Assembly: GCA_040954595.2 (NCBI GenBank)
Contig: CM082598.2
Span: 2,294,001 to 2,358,000, forward strand
Reading direction: 5' to 3'
Source: Balanoglossus misakiensis
Taxonomy: Eukaryota > Animalia > Hemichordata
Length of the DNA: 64,000 nucleotides
The position numbers and the translations under genes were made by a program. This document shows positions 50,601-63,300 of this stretch, in pieces (within the stretch, counting starts at the first letter, position 1; the number at the start of each line of letters is the position of its first letter). The notes beneath the pieces are model-generated. The model had not been told where the DNA came from. It saw nothing but the letters and a program-made list of their open reading frames with translations, and searched no databases.

Positions 50601-52573
50601 TCATTCACTCATTCGTTCATTTATCCATTCATTCATTCATTCATTCATTCATTCATTCATTCATTCATTAATCCATCATCCCTCCCTCCATCCATCATCC
50701 ATCCATCCATCCATCCATCCATCCATCCATTCATTCATTCATTCATTCATTCATTCATTCATTCATTCATTCATTCAAAGGGATTCGAACTAGAATAAAC
50801 AACAAACTCTAAATTTACAGCAAACGAAACTATCATGTCCGCAAATTCATCACTCACCTTCACATAGTTTGGTTTCTGGGTCAAAATAGAAGCCGTCATC
50901 ACAGATACACTCATAGCGTATGGTGTCACGACTGCCCACATTTTCACAGCCTTTCATATGAGGACCAGTGCACGGCTTGTGTTTACAGGGATCTGGAATG
51001 GAAGAAAGAAAAGTCACAATAATTAATATTTCAATCACCACGAACACTCTTGTGTTTTCTACACAAACGAGCAGAGAGTCAAACCTAAACTTGACTTCTT
51101 TTTACTTTACTGAACCCTTTTATTGTTTGTGTGGATACAAATCCATCGTTCTTACCTGGACAGTACTCGAGAACTTGATCGTCATTCCCTCGTAAGCATT
51201 TTGTGTACGAGAACAAAGCACTCTGTAGAAAGAACAGAATAGTTTTAAATGGAAACTCTCACTATTTACTCTGTCTGTATCGCTGTCTGCCTATTGTATT
51301 CTTTTATCCTTCCTTCTTTCTTTCTTTCTTTCTTTATCTCTCCCTGTCTCTCTATGTCTCTCCCTCTCTCTCCTTTGTCTCCCCTCTCATTCTCCCTCCC
51401 TCCCCCAAACATGACTTACCACTAATTCAAAAGACCACCCATCATCGTGGAACTTGACGTGATACTCATACGTTTCCTCCCACGTGCAAACAGCTTTACC
51501 ATTTTTAAAAATTCGATTTCCTTCCTCCGATCTTGTCCATGCTGTGCTTCTATAAACACAGTTTTTCCAAAATGGTGACCCGCTTGGAGTCTAGGGGAGA
51601 ACAGATACAAATACAAATGTTGTATCAATTTTTTCATCCAGGAATGTTCACTTATTTCATCCATCATTGTTTAAAGCCCCAATAGCTCTTGTAAGTGGCA
51701 GCTATTGGGGTCTTAAGAAATCGAAGTTTGGTTTTTCTCTGCCTTCCGTTGAATACAAATGCAACGAAATGACGATAAAACTTTCATTACCTCTGGCCAC
51801 CACAAGTATCTCGCAGGAAATCCCAACTTGAAATCTTTAAATTCTTCGGTCACAAGTTGTTCCAATCTTTTCATGTTCGACGGCGGTTTTCCCATGTCTT
51901 TCACTAATGGTGCTCTGAAATTAATGATGATGCAGATCACTTAGACAAGTAACCATATGAATCATTATTTGACTAAACTTATTTGAATATTGCCAGCATT
52001 CAACAGGAAAACATGTGGTAATATTATACATTTTTGAGACTATACAACAACTTCATATTTTATTATTCTTCTGGGAATGACTCTGATCCACAGTTACAAT
52101 TTTGTTTTACCTCTTTCTTCGGTGAAAAAACGTGTTGCTTTCTTTCTTGTTGAGGAACACTGAAATCGCTTGCCATGGAAAGTCTAACGAAAACCAGTAG
52201 CCTTTCTTGACAGCGGTCTCGGCAGAAAGAGCTGTAATTAAACATGACATACAAAGCTTGCGTTACACAAACAAACAAATAAATAAACAAACAAATAAAT
52301 AAATAACCAATCTTTGCAATATAGTACATTTGAAATGCTGATGGAAAAAATATATTAGAAAGTTCAAGAAATAATGAATATCTTACCTTCGCTTGATCTT
52401 GGAGTGTCGATTTCGTTGTTTCCGAAACTTTTCAGCAAAGCTACGGTCTTTTCCATTTTTTCGCCTGCATTTACCGTGTCTTTATTTTGTGCTCCCGTGA
52501 GATTTACCGGATTTGCCGAAAGTGAGCGCAGCGCGACCAAACACACGAATGAAATCGCAAGTTTGGGAGACAT
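45975..52573 (-). CDS. Type-I membrane protein: signal peptide, propeptide ending RRKR, divergent Gla-like region, 4 EGF, 4 TSP1, TM helix, short basic/Tyr tail, ~748 aa
   Basis: 17 exons: 52573-52387, 52231-52111, 51914-51791, 51590-51420, 51222-51156, 50992-50858, 50479-50418, 50112-49938, 49529-49392 (alternative acceptor 49547), 49048-48878, 48555-48379, 48206-48135, 47993-47838, 47461-47360, 47040-46885, 46499-46370, 46077-45975 (2247 nt, in frame; alternative ATG 52591). TSP1 motifs WFPWTPCSVSCG, WGPWQKMSECSYNCGGG, WGAWTSWTECSNTCG, WSPWSTWSLC; TM GIGGGVGATIVIILIVGVCVF then KRK; tail ends RPKRRRKSFDYDYD. Confidence 0.8.
47130..47337. repeat. (TC)/(TATC) compound microsatellite
   Basis: Directly visible. 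Confidence 0.9.
47513..47782. repeat. (GAAA)/(GA) polypurine microsatellite
   Basis: Directly visible ~270-bp purine-rich tract. Confidence 0.95.
49713..49886. mobile_element. MITE with 18-bp TIR and probable 9-bp TSD
   Basis: TIRs tagactctctcacaaccc / gggctgtgagagagtcta (1 mismatch); flanks acacagtca / acttagtca. Confidence 0.7.
50587..50776. repeat. (ATTC)/(ATCC) microsatellite
   Basis: Directly visible. Confidence 0.9.
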
Positions 52574-52995
52574 TTCTGAGATGTGTCCCATACATTGGCC
52601 CCGAAGCCTTCACTGATAAAGAGATTCATTAAATTTAAACACCACAGGCTTGTTTCTGCGCATTAAAAATCTTCATTCCACTTTTAAAGACATCTCTACG
52701 CTTAGTTCCATCGATGTGCGAACTGAACCTCTGCATGCCTGTATGCTGAGCGGAAAGTTTGGAACAGTTTGAGAAGTTCTTTTATTCTTTACAAGTTCTT
52801 TTATTCTTTGGGGAAAAGATTCTTTCTAAAGACTCGACATGGTGGATCAAAACCATTACAGGTCTCAGATATCTAAAACGTATTATACTGCCTCACTCCC
52901 TTTGTTCGGCATCAAATTCTATATATTTTAAACTCCATATTAATTCCACACATTTATTTTCATCTATTTTCACGAGGATTCGAGCGCGCATGATA

Positions 52996-53012
52996 TAGCG
53001 CCATCTATCGTC
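52996..53012 (-). promoter_or_regulatory. CTCF-like motif in the short divergent promoter region between the Gla-like gene and AKIP1
   Basis: gacgatagatggcgcta on the minus strand resembles the CTCF consensus; ETS-like cttccgg at ~53069; CpG-rich region. Confidence 0.45.
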
Positions 53013-53336
53013 AGTGTTGATTTTTCTTTTTTTGAGTAAGCTGGGTATTCCAATTTGTGTTCGTTGCACTTCCGGGTCCGAAGTCAGTGTCGCGTCAGCT
53101 GTGAAGTTCTACTGCCAGCCGCCAAATTTAAAGTAGTTTAAACCCGTTTACAGAAATTCAACCCGTATAATAACCGTCCAACCGCTTGACAAGTTGGTAC
53201 AGCGGATAAATTTTATAGTTTGCCGTCAGTTAGTTCGATTGCCGACCTGATCGCACACAGATCGTTCCGGGCCGTTGGTAGTTGTTGATCGCGCGTTGCA
53301 GCTGTGTTGATTTCTATTTTCAATTTCACGATCAGA

Positions 53337-55287
53337 ATGAGGTGTCACCATTCGGTAAGTCATCCTCAACAGAATATGTTATGGATAATGTCTAATCGGC
53401 GTGCAAATCATTGAAAAATACCGAAATCAAACAACTTTTGACCGCTGTGCATTGGAATGTAACTGTCAACATAGCCCCGGCGCCTAGCCTTTGTCATGTC
53501 CCGGCTTGTAAACAATACGGTTTGGCGCAAAGCGCCTTTGCCATGGCAACACGTTACTAACTGGATCGCCGTGATTTTAGTTATACGGTGATTTTAATTA
53601 TAGTTTACCATTTTGAATGTGCCCAACAACCCAAATGCTACGAGGGAATCGTGTTTTTAGTTGCACGCGCGCTCATGTATGTTTCATATTGGCTTGACAT
53701 GTACCCCATGTTAGTACGAAACGTATCCTACCCCGTTACCATGGTATCCGAGCTTATACACGTGTTACTATTGCCTCAAAGTTTCACGAACTTGTAAACA
53801 TTAACATACTGATAAAAATAATTGTAGTGACATTCAAATGAAGTTTACTTGCATAACTAAAGGATACTACACAATGTCACTACTTAGTACTTACAGTACA
53901 GGAAGCCATTCTCTGTTGATAATTCCCAACCATTCCGAATCCTCAGTGTGGTCTTTAGGAATGAAGTGGTGATTGTATCACTTTCCCAGGTCCAGTGAAA
54001 GAATTTGTTTTCAATAATGTTATGTATCCAAGTCACGAAATGATGCAAAACTCCTCCTAGACAAGTAGTCAAACAGTTCTCTTTCCCAATGTTCTCCATG
54101 TCTGAAGACCAGGTGTGCTTGTCGCTATTTGCATGAAAGAGGCCACTGCATCTGGTATATTCATTCCAGCTGAAAGAAAAAGAAACAAAATTCAACAAAT
54201 GTTATCATTTCAGTGAAAAATCCCTCCTCAAGATGAGCTGAGGGTACGTTGAAGCTAACACAGCTAGCATTGTGCTAGGTTTCCTGTACTGAAACTTGCA
54301 AGTCCCTGTATCCAATTATTTATTGGTTTGTTTTGATTTTTTGCCGTAGGAGGAATCATGGATGGCCTGTACGCTCTGCAGATCTGCCAGACAAGGTGTG
54401 AAGACGTTACACAAAGCCATGGAAAGACAGATCAAATGGCCAGAACCCAAATGTTACAGAGGATCGCCTATACAGGTAAAGTAACATTTACTTTACCATA
54501 TGTCTATTTACAGAGTATGGGATGATAACCAGTAAATATATAAGCTCTCAAATGAAAGGAAACAACCAAGATATTGTCAAGAATTAGCAACTTTGTCTTT
54601 TTGATTTGACAAAGTGTTCTTTGTACTCTACAGGACCCTGCTGTTTACACAAGCATAGATGATGCATTTTCCAATGTTCTACAGTTCATGTCAACAGCCT
54701 CAAGACAGTGCAAGGTTAGTGGCATATTATTGATGTCATGTCTGTTGGTGTGTGTGTGTGTATGTATAAATGTATAAAGCTTGCAACTGGCACTCTGTTG
54801 ATCCTCATTCATAAATGTTTTGTTTTTTTCCAAAACGTACAGAGATATTACCGAAGCAGTCCACAAGCCTCGCACACCAAGCATGACTGCGTTCACTGTT
54901 CAAGATTTCACACAAAGAAATACTCAGAGGTTCAAAGGACAAACCCAGTAAGTACATAATGTTGGGTGTAACTTTCAATGATATATGATGTCATACCAAC
55001 AACAAACCAGGATGTAAGGTCACTCAGGGGTCATGAAAGTTGCCTATATTCCCAATAAACAAAATAAGACTGAACTGAATTTGGTGATAAATGCATAAAA
55101 ATAAAAATTTATGCCAGAATTCCTTTTTTCCTCTCTCTTACAGTTACAATTGGCCGAAGATGTCCATGTTGTTGTAGCACCTGGAACATATGCAGTGACG
55201 GCAGGCAGTTGGGGATCACCACGGCAACAGACACATGTGGTCCATGTCAACCAGGGTCAAAGTGTTAATTTGGACTTCACTCTTTAG
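53337..55287 (+). CDS. AKIP1: A-kinase-interacting protein 1 homolog, ~157 aa
   Basis: Exons 53337-53354 (start exon tentative), 54350-54475, 54634-54714, 54843-54947, 55144-55287, all phase 0. Segments LCRSARQGVKTLHKAMERQIKW, AFSNVLQFMSTASRQCKRYY and C-terminus VAPGTYAVTAGSW...THVVHVNQGQSVNLDFTL* match AKIP1/BCA3 as I recall it. AATAAA at 55481. Not present in the ORF track. Confidence 0.85.
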
Positions 55288-56819
55288 AACGGACACAAAA
55301 ACTGCTTTCAACTTTCAATGTAATTTCAATCAGGAAATGGTGATTTTGTGAACTTTAAATGTGATGCTGATGATAAATAACTGTGAAATTTTACTCTAGA
55401 ATTCAGTTTCATTTCTGTATAACTGTAGTCTTATCTTTTCTCTTTTCTCTCTTATGTATCTTTTTAATCTGTGAATATTCAATAAAATGTGTCACAAGGA
55501 GATGAATGTTCTCTGCATCATGTTGATTGGATGGTTGGTTGATTGGATGGTTGGTTGGTTGGTTGGTTGTATGAATAGGTGGGTGGATGGATGGATTGAT
55601 GGATGGATGGATGGATGGATGGATTGATGGATGGATGGATAGGAAAGAAATAGACAGATAGATGAATCTGCTTCATCCTCCCAACGCATACAACATTACA
55701 TGGCAGTCAATTGGTCCTGTTGATATCATATAAAACAGGCAGAATGCAAAAAAGCATGAAAACTTTTAGGCCTGTGTTACCAACAAACGGCGGACAGAAA
55801 TTGGGTTTCTGAACCAGGGCATTTCGTATCCACAATAAGTGTGTTGACAAAACAATCTTTCCCAGTTGCCAGGTCATCTGTGACCAGCTGCACAAGTCCT
55901 TTGAACCTCGTCACATCAAAAACAAGAGAGTCCATGCCTGACCAGATATCTTTATCTCCCAAAACCATGATCACTCCACCCAAACTCGTTAAAAGACACC
56001 TGTGGGGTCTGTGAATTTTCAAAGCTAAAACGTCTTTGGTTGCCACAGAAAGATGTCACATATGCAAAGTTAACCATCGTTACCATGGAAAATTCAAACT
56101 TAGCCAATCACAGATTTTCAATGGGTGACACCGGTAAAAAAGGAATGTCATCACATTGATCATTCAAACACCAAGACACACCCTTTTAACAACATACAGA
56201 AATATGTTATAAGAGGTAACCACATACTTTTAATCATGTCATCAGCACCTTTCACAACTTTCAACTTACATGGCATGACCCCTTGTCGGATATAAGGCGG
56301 GTTGGTTACACTTAATCGCAACCAGTCCGAAGACACGAAAACTGATTGTTAGTATTCAGATTTAAATTAGTGGTATTACAAGTTAGGGAAACACCCATCT
56401 TAATGATAGCTGCTTTTATTGTACGCCCAAATTTACCTTGCAGAACTTTCGCCTGTGACTTTTTTGCCCCAGTTGTATTCATTGAATAGGGTGGGCCCAA
56501 CCCCTTCTATGACAAACAGAATAAAATGCACTTTTATATGTTAAACGCCCTGAAAGTCAGTAATTGGCCAGTCGTATCCAAAGCACTCCCAAACCGAGCA
56601 GAAAAGTGGAAACTTTTTTTTCTCTTTTTGTCAAACTCCCAAGCACACGGAGTCCAGATAGACGTGGCACATCCATCAATTGAAGCGGGCGTGAAACAGG
56701 TTTGTAAATTATGATTGAGAAACTGTATTTTGACCGTAGAAAGTTAAACAAACGCTTTTACCATCGAACTTTTCCACTGTCGAGTTGTTCAAATCATTTC
56801 GCAAAGTTGGCAGCCCCAA

Positions 56820-56876
<57 letters not shown>

Positions 56877-56974
56877 ATGTCTTTACATATCTATGTATGT
56901 ATGTATATCTATCTATTGTTAAAAGCAGATGGTCATATTCAAATATCTTCATTTCAGATGTAAGGATATTCAAC

Positions 56975-57322
56975 ATGTTGAAGCAATCTATGTATGCAAT
57001 TATAGTACTTCTGATGTCAGTCCAGGACTCTGTGTATGCGTGTGGTCGAAACAGCAAATCCAAGATATCTATTGAAAACAACAAATATACTGGCATGGTG
57101 ATCGCTATACATGAGACGGTGCCAGAAAATCTGGGATTGGTAGCGCAGCTGAAAAGCCTATTTACTGCAGCCTCGGCAGATTTATATGAAGCTACCAGGT
57201 GAGAGGATTTGAATGAATTCATTTATTGTTCTGTACTGGTATGACAAATATGTTCACTTTGTCTTAGACAGTATGCCGCTGAGTAATATAGACTGTCAGC
57301 AGTCGCTCATACCTTGTTTCAC

Positions 57323-57385
<63 letters not shown>

Positions 57386-60300
57386 TCTATCTATCTATCT
57401 ATCTATCTATTTAACTATCTATCTATCTATCTATCTATCAACCTACCTACCTACCGTATTTATCTATCTATCTCGTGTTACATGTTTGACCTTGAAAGTT
57501 GAGTCTTCATAAACCTGTTCTTTTGAAATTGTCTCTGTAACTATCCACAATTACACCGCCCTTTGCAAGTGGGAGTGCCTTGCATTCTGAATATCGCGCA
57601 CAAAGCATTCCTTTGCAACGAAGGAAGCTACAACAGGTGTTTACTAACAAAAAACATTACCACCCACACCCAGCGTACGTGATGGAATTGAAAGTGCGTT
57701 GAGGCCTCTTCACCCAATATTTTACGATATTGGCATTATTGTTATATAAGTTTTGTTTTTACAAAATGCTTTTTGAAAAAGCACAAGTATAATTTCAAAT
57801 TGATTAATTTGATTGCAAAACTGTTCATTTCCTAACGATTAACATAGTGGCTATAACTTCGTTGTTCTTGTCATTTAGAAGCGGTCGCGCAACTGTCTGA
57901 AAAGTTCACACACACACAAAAGAAACATGTTGGTTGCTTTGCATGTGGAGATGAGATACCATCAAATTCCAGATAATCAATTCAAGCATTAAAAATACTG
58001 CTCTGTACTAAAAACTCTCCATCTCCTCATCCATGCATGTGCCTACTTTTGTGGAATTCATTAACCTGTGAATTATTAAAGAGGTTCAATCAAAGTAGGC
58101 CATTAGTTCAAGGTAAACATTACCAGGGCACGGTCACCGTTCAATGGAGGTTACGGGCGTGTCTCACATTTCGAGAGAACCGCGCATTTAGGGGCAAAAA
58201 AGATACGGGTGACCCATCTTAAGAAACCAAGAATTTTATCATTACAGATCCACTGGCCTGTTTTTCAGGATGTTTACAACCTAAAACGTACACTATAGTG
58301 AAGTACCTCAACACAGAAACAAACTCAATCATGATACCGGTAGAGGTGCAAAAGCACAAAGAAAAAAACAAGTTCTGTGACACATTTTCAAATCAACGCA
58401 ATATTGTTTTTAATATTTCAGACACCGTGCGTTTTTCAAGGACATCACCATACTCCTTCCAAAGTGTTGGAGCGACAAACCAGAATACGGAGAACCGACT
58501 TTTCAAACATTTGACGACAGTGACGTCCAAGTTCACCTGCCCACATCTTCAGCTCTTGGTGATCGGCCCTATGTGACTGGTCTATCAAGCTGTGGGGGTG
58601 GCGGTGACCACATTCACTTGACTCCGAATTTTGTGTTGACACAGACAGCGGCTTTCGGCAATGGCAAGGTAAGAGTTGTTTACAGTCAGTAAGTGTTATA
58701 GCACCATAAGGTGATTTGGTAGAGTGATTACGGGAGAGGGTAGCGTTAAGTTATTTCTCGTCATTAATTACAGTGACAACAACCATAGACCCTAGAGAGG
58801 GTCTAGCCAGGGTCTTGCGTGACAACATACCCTTCAGGGAAAATCTATTAATTAACATTCATACGAGATAGAATCTCACATCCAAGGGCCTGGGATAAGA
58901 TTTCTTAAAAATATGGCCATCTGGTGTGATCCGAAGACAATTTGGTTGATCCAGGTTTTCCCCTAAATCGTCATAATTCCTTAGCAAGCGTTTTTCGTGG
59001 TGCAACTCTCATAAAAAATATTATTGTTAAGGGACACGGTGTTAACCAGGCCAGACACATTTTCTTACATTACCAGGTCATCGTACACGAATGGGGTCAT
59101 TTCAGATGGGGCGTCTTCGATGAATATGCTGAAGGAAGAATCGGAGTCAAGCAATGGTATGTCTCATCAACAGGAAAAATAGAAGGAACACGCTGTTCCA
59201 CGGCTATCAAAGGTAAATGCAATTCTAGGGGATGGAGGTAACTTGTGTTCTTTTGTTTTGGCAATCGCCTAACGTATTGTTCTTTGGTTCCAGTGTGGTG
59301 ACATTTCAAAATATATACTGTTATACTGTTACAGGTACTTGGAGCCCGCAGTGTAATGTTGTCAATGGAGTACCTCAAAATAGGAATCATAAAGATTGTG
59401 TATTTGTTGATGATGTCAAATCTGGTGGATTTTCTGCGTCACTTATGTACAAACAGTACCTCAGCGGCGTAAGTACTAAGCATTTATAAAGTCTGTTTTC
59501 TGTTAAATTTGCTCCCTCCATCTGTTAGAGCCTTCATATTGAACAATTCAACTCAACACTATAGAAATACATCTTTCTGATATACTTTTCAATTGGAGGT
59601 ATTCACTAATTCAGTGTAGAGGATGACATTATGAGGTACACACCACAATATGGCCGCCAGTGTAAAGCTCGATAAAATTTCGACTTTCAGATGGACTCGT
59701 TTTGCGATCACCCAAACACAGCTGAGTCTGAGCGTGATGTCCATAACAAAGAGGCACAAACCGTCCAGAACAAGAAGTGTAAAAACAAAAGCGTCTGGGA
59801 GGTACGTATATGTACTAGACTGGAAGAACGTACATCAACTGAATTATAACGATTAATTACTAGTAATATGGATAACACAATCTTTAATTTCAGGTATTGA
59901 GAGAACACGCAGATTTCAAGAACGGGGTTAATCCTCCCCGTGCAATCACTTCAACGGATCCTACATTTACAATCGTGAAAGAGAAATGTGACGAGCCAAG
60001 AAACGTGTCGATCGTTTTGGTGCTCGATGTGTCAGACAGTATGGGACAACGGAATAGAATGGCGAAATTAAGAAGGGTAATGAATTTATCTTTGATTAAA
60101 CTGTTTGGTCACTGTTTAATAAGCCTCGCGGTGTCGATACTACTAGCAAAAAGTTGCAGTTGTATGCTTGTACTCGCCTGCAGTCATACATAAAAACAGT
60201 CAAACGTAAATACTACGAAGAACATTGACAAAATATAAAGGCAACATATGTGCGCTGGACTGAATAAGTGTTATATGAAACACATCTCTCGCTTTATGTG

Positions 60301-63300
60301 TCTCTGCCTCTCTCAACCTCTCCCGTATGTTCGTCGGAATTTTGACAGAACACTGGTAAATTAATCGCACATGCCACAGAATGATTGGAAGGTTTGCTTG
60401 TTGATTTCATTTCAGGCTGCTCGGCAATATATTCTCGATGGCACTGATGAACAATATATTGGCATCGTCACATTTTCCGCTACTGCTCGAGTAAAATCAG
60501 ACCTGGTAAAGCTTGGCGACGTCCCTCGTGGGGTTTTGCTGTCCAGGTTACCAACAACCAGTGATACTGGGGGTTATACTAGCATTGGAAGTGGTAAGTA
60601 GTTCGTTTCGCCAAATTTGGTACATTACTCGTGAAAAGTCTTGCCTTAGATGGTACACATAGGACATGACCAATAAATTTACATTACACTAATAAACATT
60701 TTCCCTTCATAATTATACTTTTACCATTTAATTATATTGTGAGTTTTGTACTTTTATCTATGCCGGGAGAAAGAATGAAAATGTTCACCTGCACGCGCTT
60801 ACTATAAGATTCTTTTTCCCTTTCCCCTATAGGGCTACTCAAGGCATGCCAGTTGCTGGAAAATTCTGGCATCGAAAGATCAAAATCGTACGTGATTGTA
60901 GTCACAGATGGTAAAGAGAATGTGGATCCAAATGTTGAAGATGTGATGCAGAAGGTAAGGGAACTTTCATTTGACATGAGAGGGGGGGGGGGGGTCGGTC
61001 ATGTAAAATGTGAGCCTCCTGAATTCCCCCGCCCCCTTGTTATAAATGAACGTCCCTAAGTAAATATGAATCTACACTGATAAAGTAACTTACCAGGGTT
61101 TGCAGTGTTGTCTATCATTTGGTGTTGGATAGCGAATATGCCGTGCTGATACGCCACGGAGTCCGAGATAGAGGTTCTGTAACGAAAAATTATGTAATTA
61201 GGTAAGTAATAGGTAATAATGACGGACTGTTGTTATATTGCTATATATTTACAGCTAGCCGACAAGAACGTTACTGTGATCACTGTTGCCATTGGCAACA
61301 ACGCGGCCGGGAGTTTGGAATCGTTGGCAGAGGCAACAGGCGGGACATCGTTTTACGATTCTGAGAGTGCAGATTCCAATGCTTTGGCGGACGCGTTCAT
61401 GTCAAGTTCATTGCGAGAAAAAGGTGATTTCAGACTTTGTGCACTTCTTTGTAATATGACAGCGAATTTAAAATGAACAGAACAGAAATGAATTTCACGC
61501 ATATCTCTCTAGCAGCATTACTGAATGTTTGAACCTCAGACAACCACAAGAATTATGTGAAATGACACTCGATTGCATGACTTTTCTCTTCTAGAGGTGG
61601 TTAATTTTAAACAATTGCTTTTCCATTTTTTTCTATTTAGAAATAATTAAGAGACCAGTACTTCTGTATAGCTCAGGGATGGACATAGGGGGCGCTAGCA
61701 CCAAGGCGTTTAATGTGGCTATAGACTCTACAATTGGGAACGAAACAAGAGTTGAGATTGGTTACAGCGGAGATGTACCCATTAACGTTACGCTCACTGC
61801 ACCAGATGGAGCCAAGATTACCGACAGTGATGATGGGTATAATTTACACGAAAGGTTCAATGCTGTCCAGATCGATATACCCGACCAAGCACAGGTGAGA
61901 TGAAATTTCATGAATTTTACGTTTTTGGGGTCAGAGTCATTAGTCAGCCAGTCCCTCCTCCTTCCCTCCCTAACCCCCTCGCTCCCCCTCCCACCCTCCC
62001 TCATTGACTTGCAACACAACTTAGCATCAATATACCGAGGGTTTTGGTGATTGTTCTGAGACAAATATTGATTTCATTTTCAGGTTGGCATGTGGAAAGT
62101 GTCCATCCACAACCCAAGCCAGATACCGAAAAACGTCTCGGTGAGCGTCCAATCAAAACGGCGCTCCGCTGAAGAATATCCAATAGTAGCCTTGGCGAAA
62201 TGGAGCACAGACAAAGTCATTCCACCCAATGACGTCATTCTGTATGTGGCTGTTACTCGAGGTATGTACTGTGAAGGGATTTCATTGGCTGTAGTGAAAT
62301 ATGAGACATGGAATCCACTGTGGGGATGGTTTTGTATTAATGATAAGACCGGACCATAAATTGTAAATTTATTTTTCTCAGTAAAATAAACTGTCAGGGT
62401 GTACTACAAAAGGGCTCAATGAAACTGTTCCTCTCACTTTCTGAACGATTCCCTTTCTAGGTTACACGCCTGTAGTGAATGCTAGAGTGCGGGCAATTGT
62501 CGATCGACCTGACAGCGATCCAGTGACGTTAAATTTACGTGACAATGGGGCGGGACCTGATGTAACCAAGAATGATGGCGTTTACTCAATTTACTTCACA
62601 CAGTTTAGTGGTTCTGGTAGATACAGCGTCAAGGTAAGTTGGCTATCAGCTCTCAAACTCTGGTTTATCTGTAAAGTTGTAGTGTTGGTGGTTGTGTTAA
62701 CATTAACGGAATGCAAGGATTGCTTTCCAAAAGTAAAGTCGGATTTTTGCCAGTGGTCGAATATATGGTTGTTAAAAACTTTGGGCCTCTAACTTTCCTC
62801 AAACTTTGTGAAATTCCTAAGCCTGTTATTTTTTGTCATTTTGCATCAGGTATCTGTATTTAGCGAGGGTGCTATGACAACATTACGCGTCGGGGAAATC
62901 ACTGGCGGTAGCGGGGCTCTACGAGATCCTCAATACACGGTCAATGAAACTGGCGAGTTTATATCAGATGAACCAGTCGGATTGTTTCAGAGGGTAGCCC
63001 TGGGCAGCAGTTTCACCTGTGAGGGCGTGCTTTGCAGAGGTAGGAAGGCAACCTTGAAGACAAGTCTTTTTCTTCAAGAAGTCTATGGGAATTACGATAC
63101 CCCTACAATATTTATTGCAATCTCACTTCATGTTCAAAACATTAGCATTTCTGCATTTCATTGTTTTTATGCATATTTCATGTTTGATTACTGCCTAACA
63201 GCGTCCGATGTCTGAATAATGAAAAATAAACGAATGTTTATTTCTTACTTCATCATTCATAGCATCGTACGACAACTATCCCCCAGCCAAAATATCGGAT

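Noticed and set aside
50433-50798. His/Ser/Phe/Ile-rich ORFs
   Set aside because: Translations of the (ATTC)n microsatellite.
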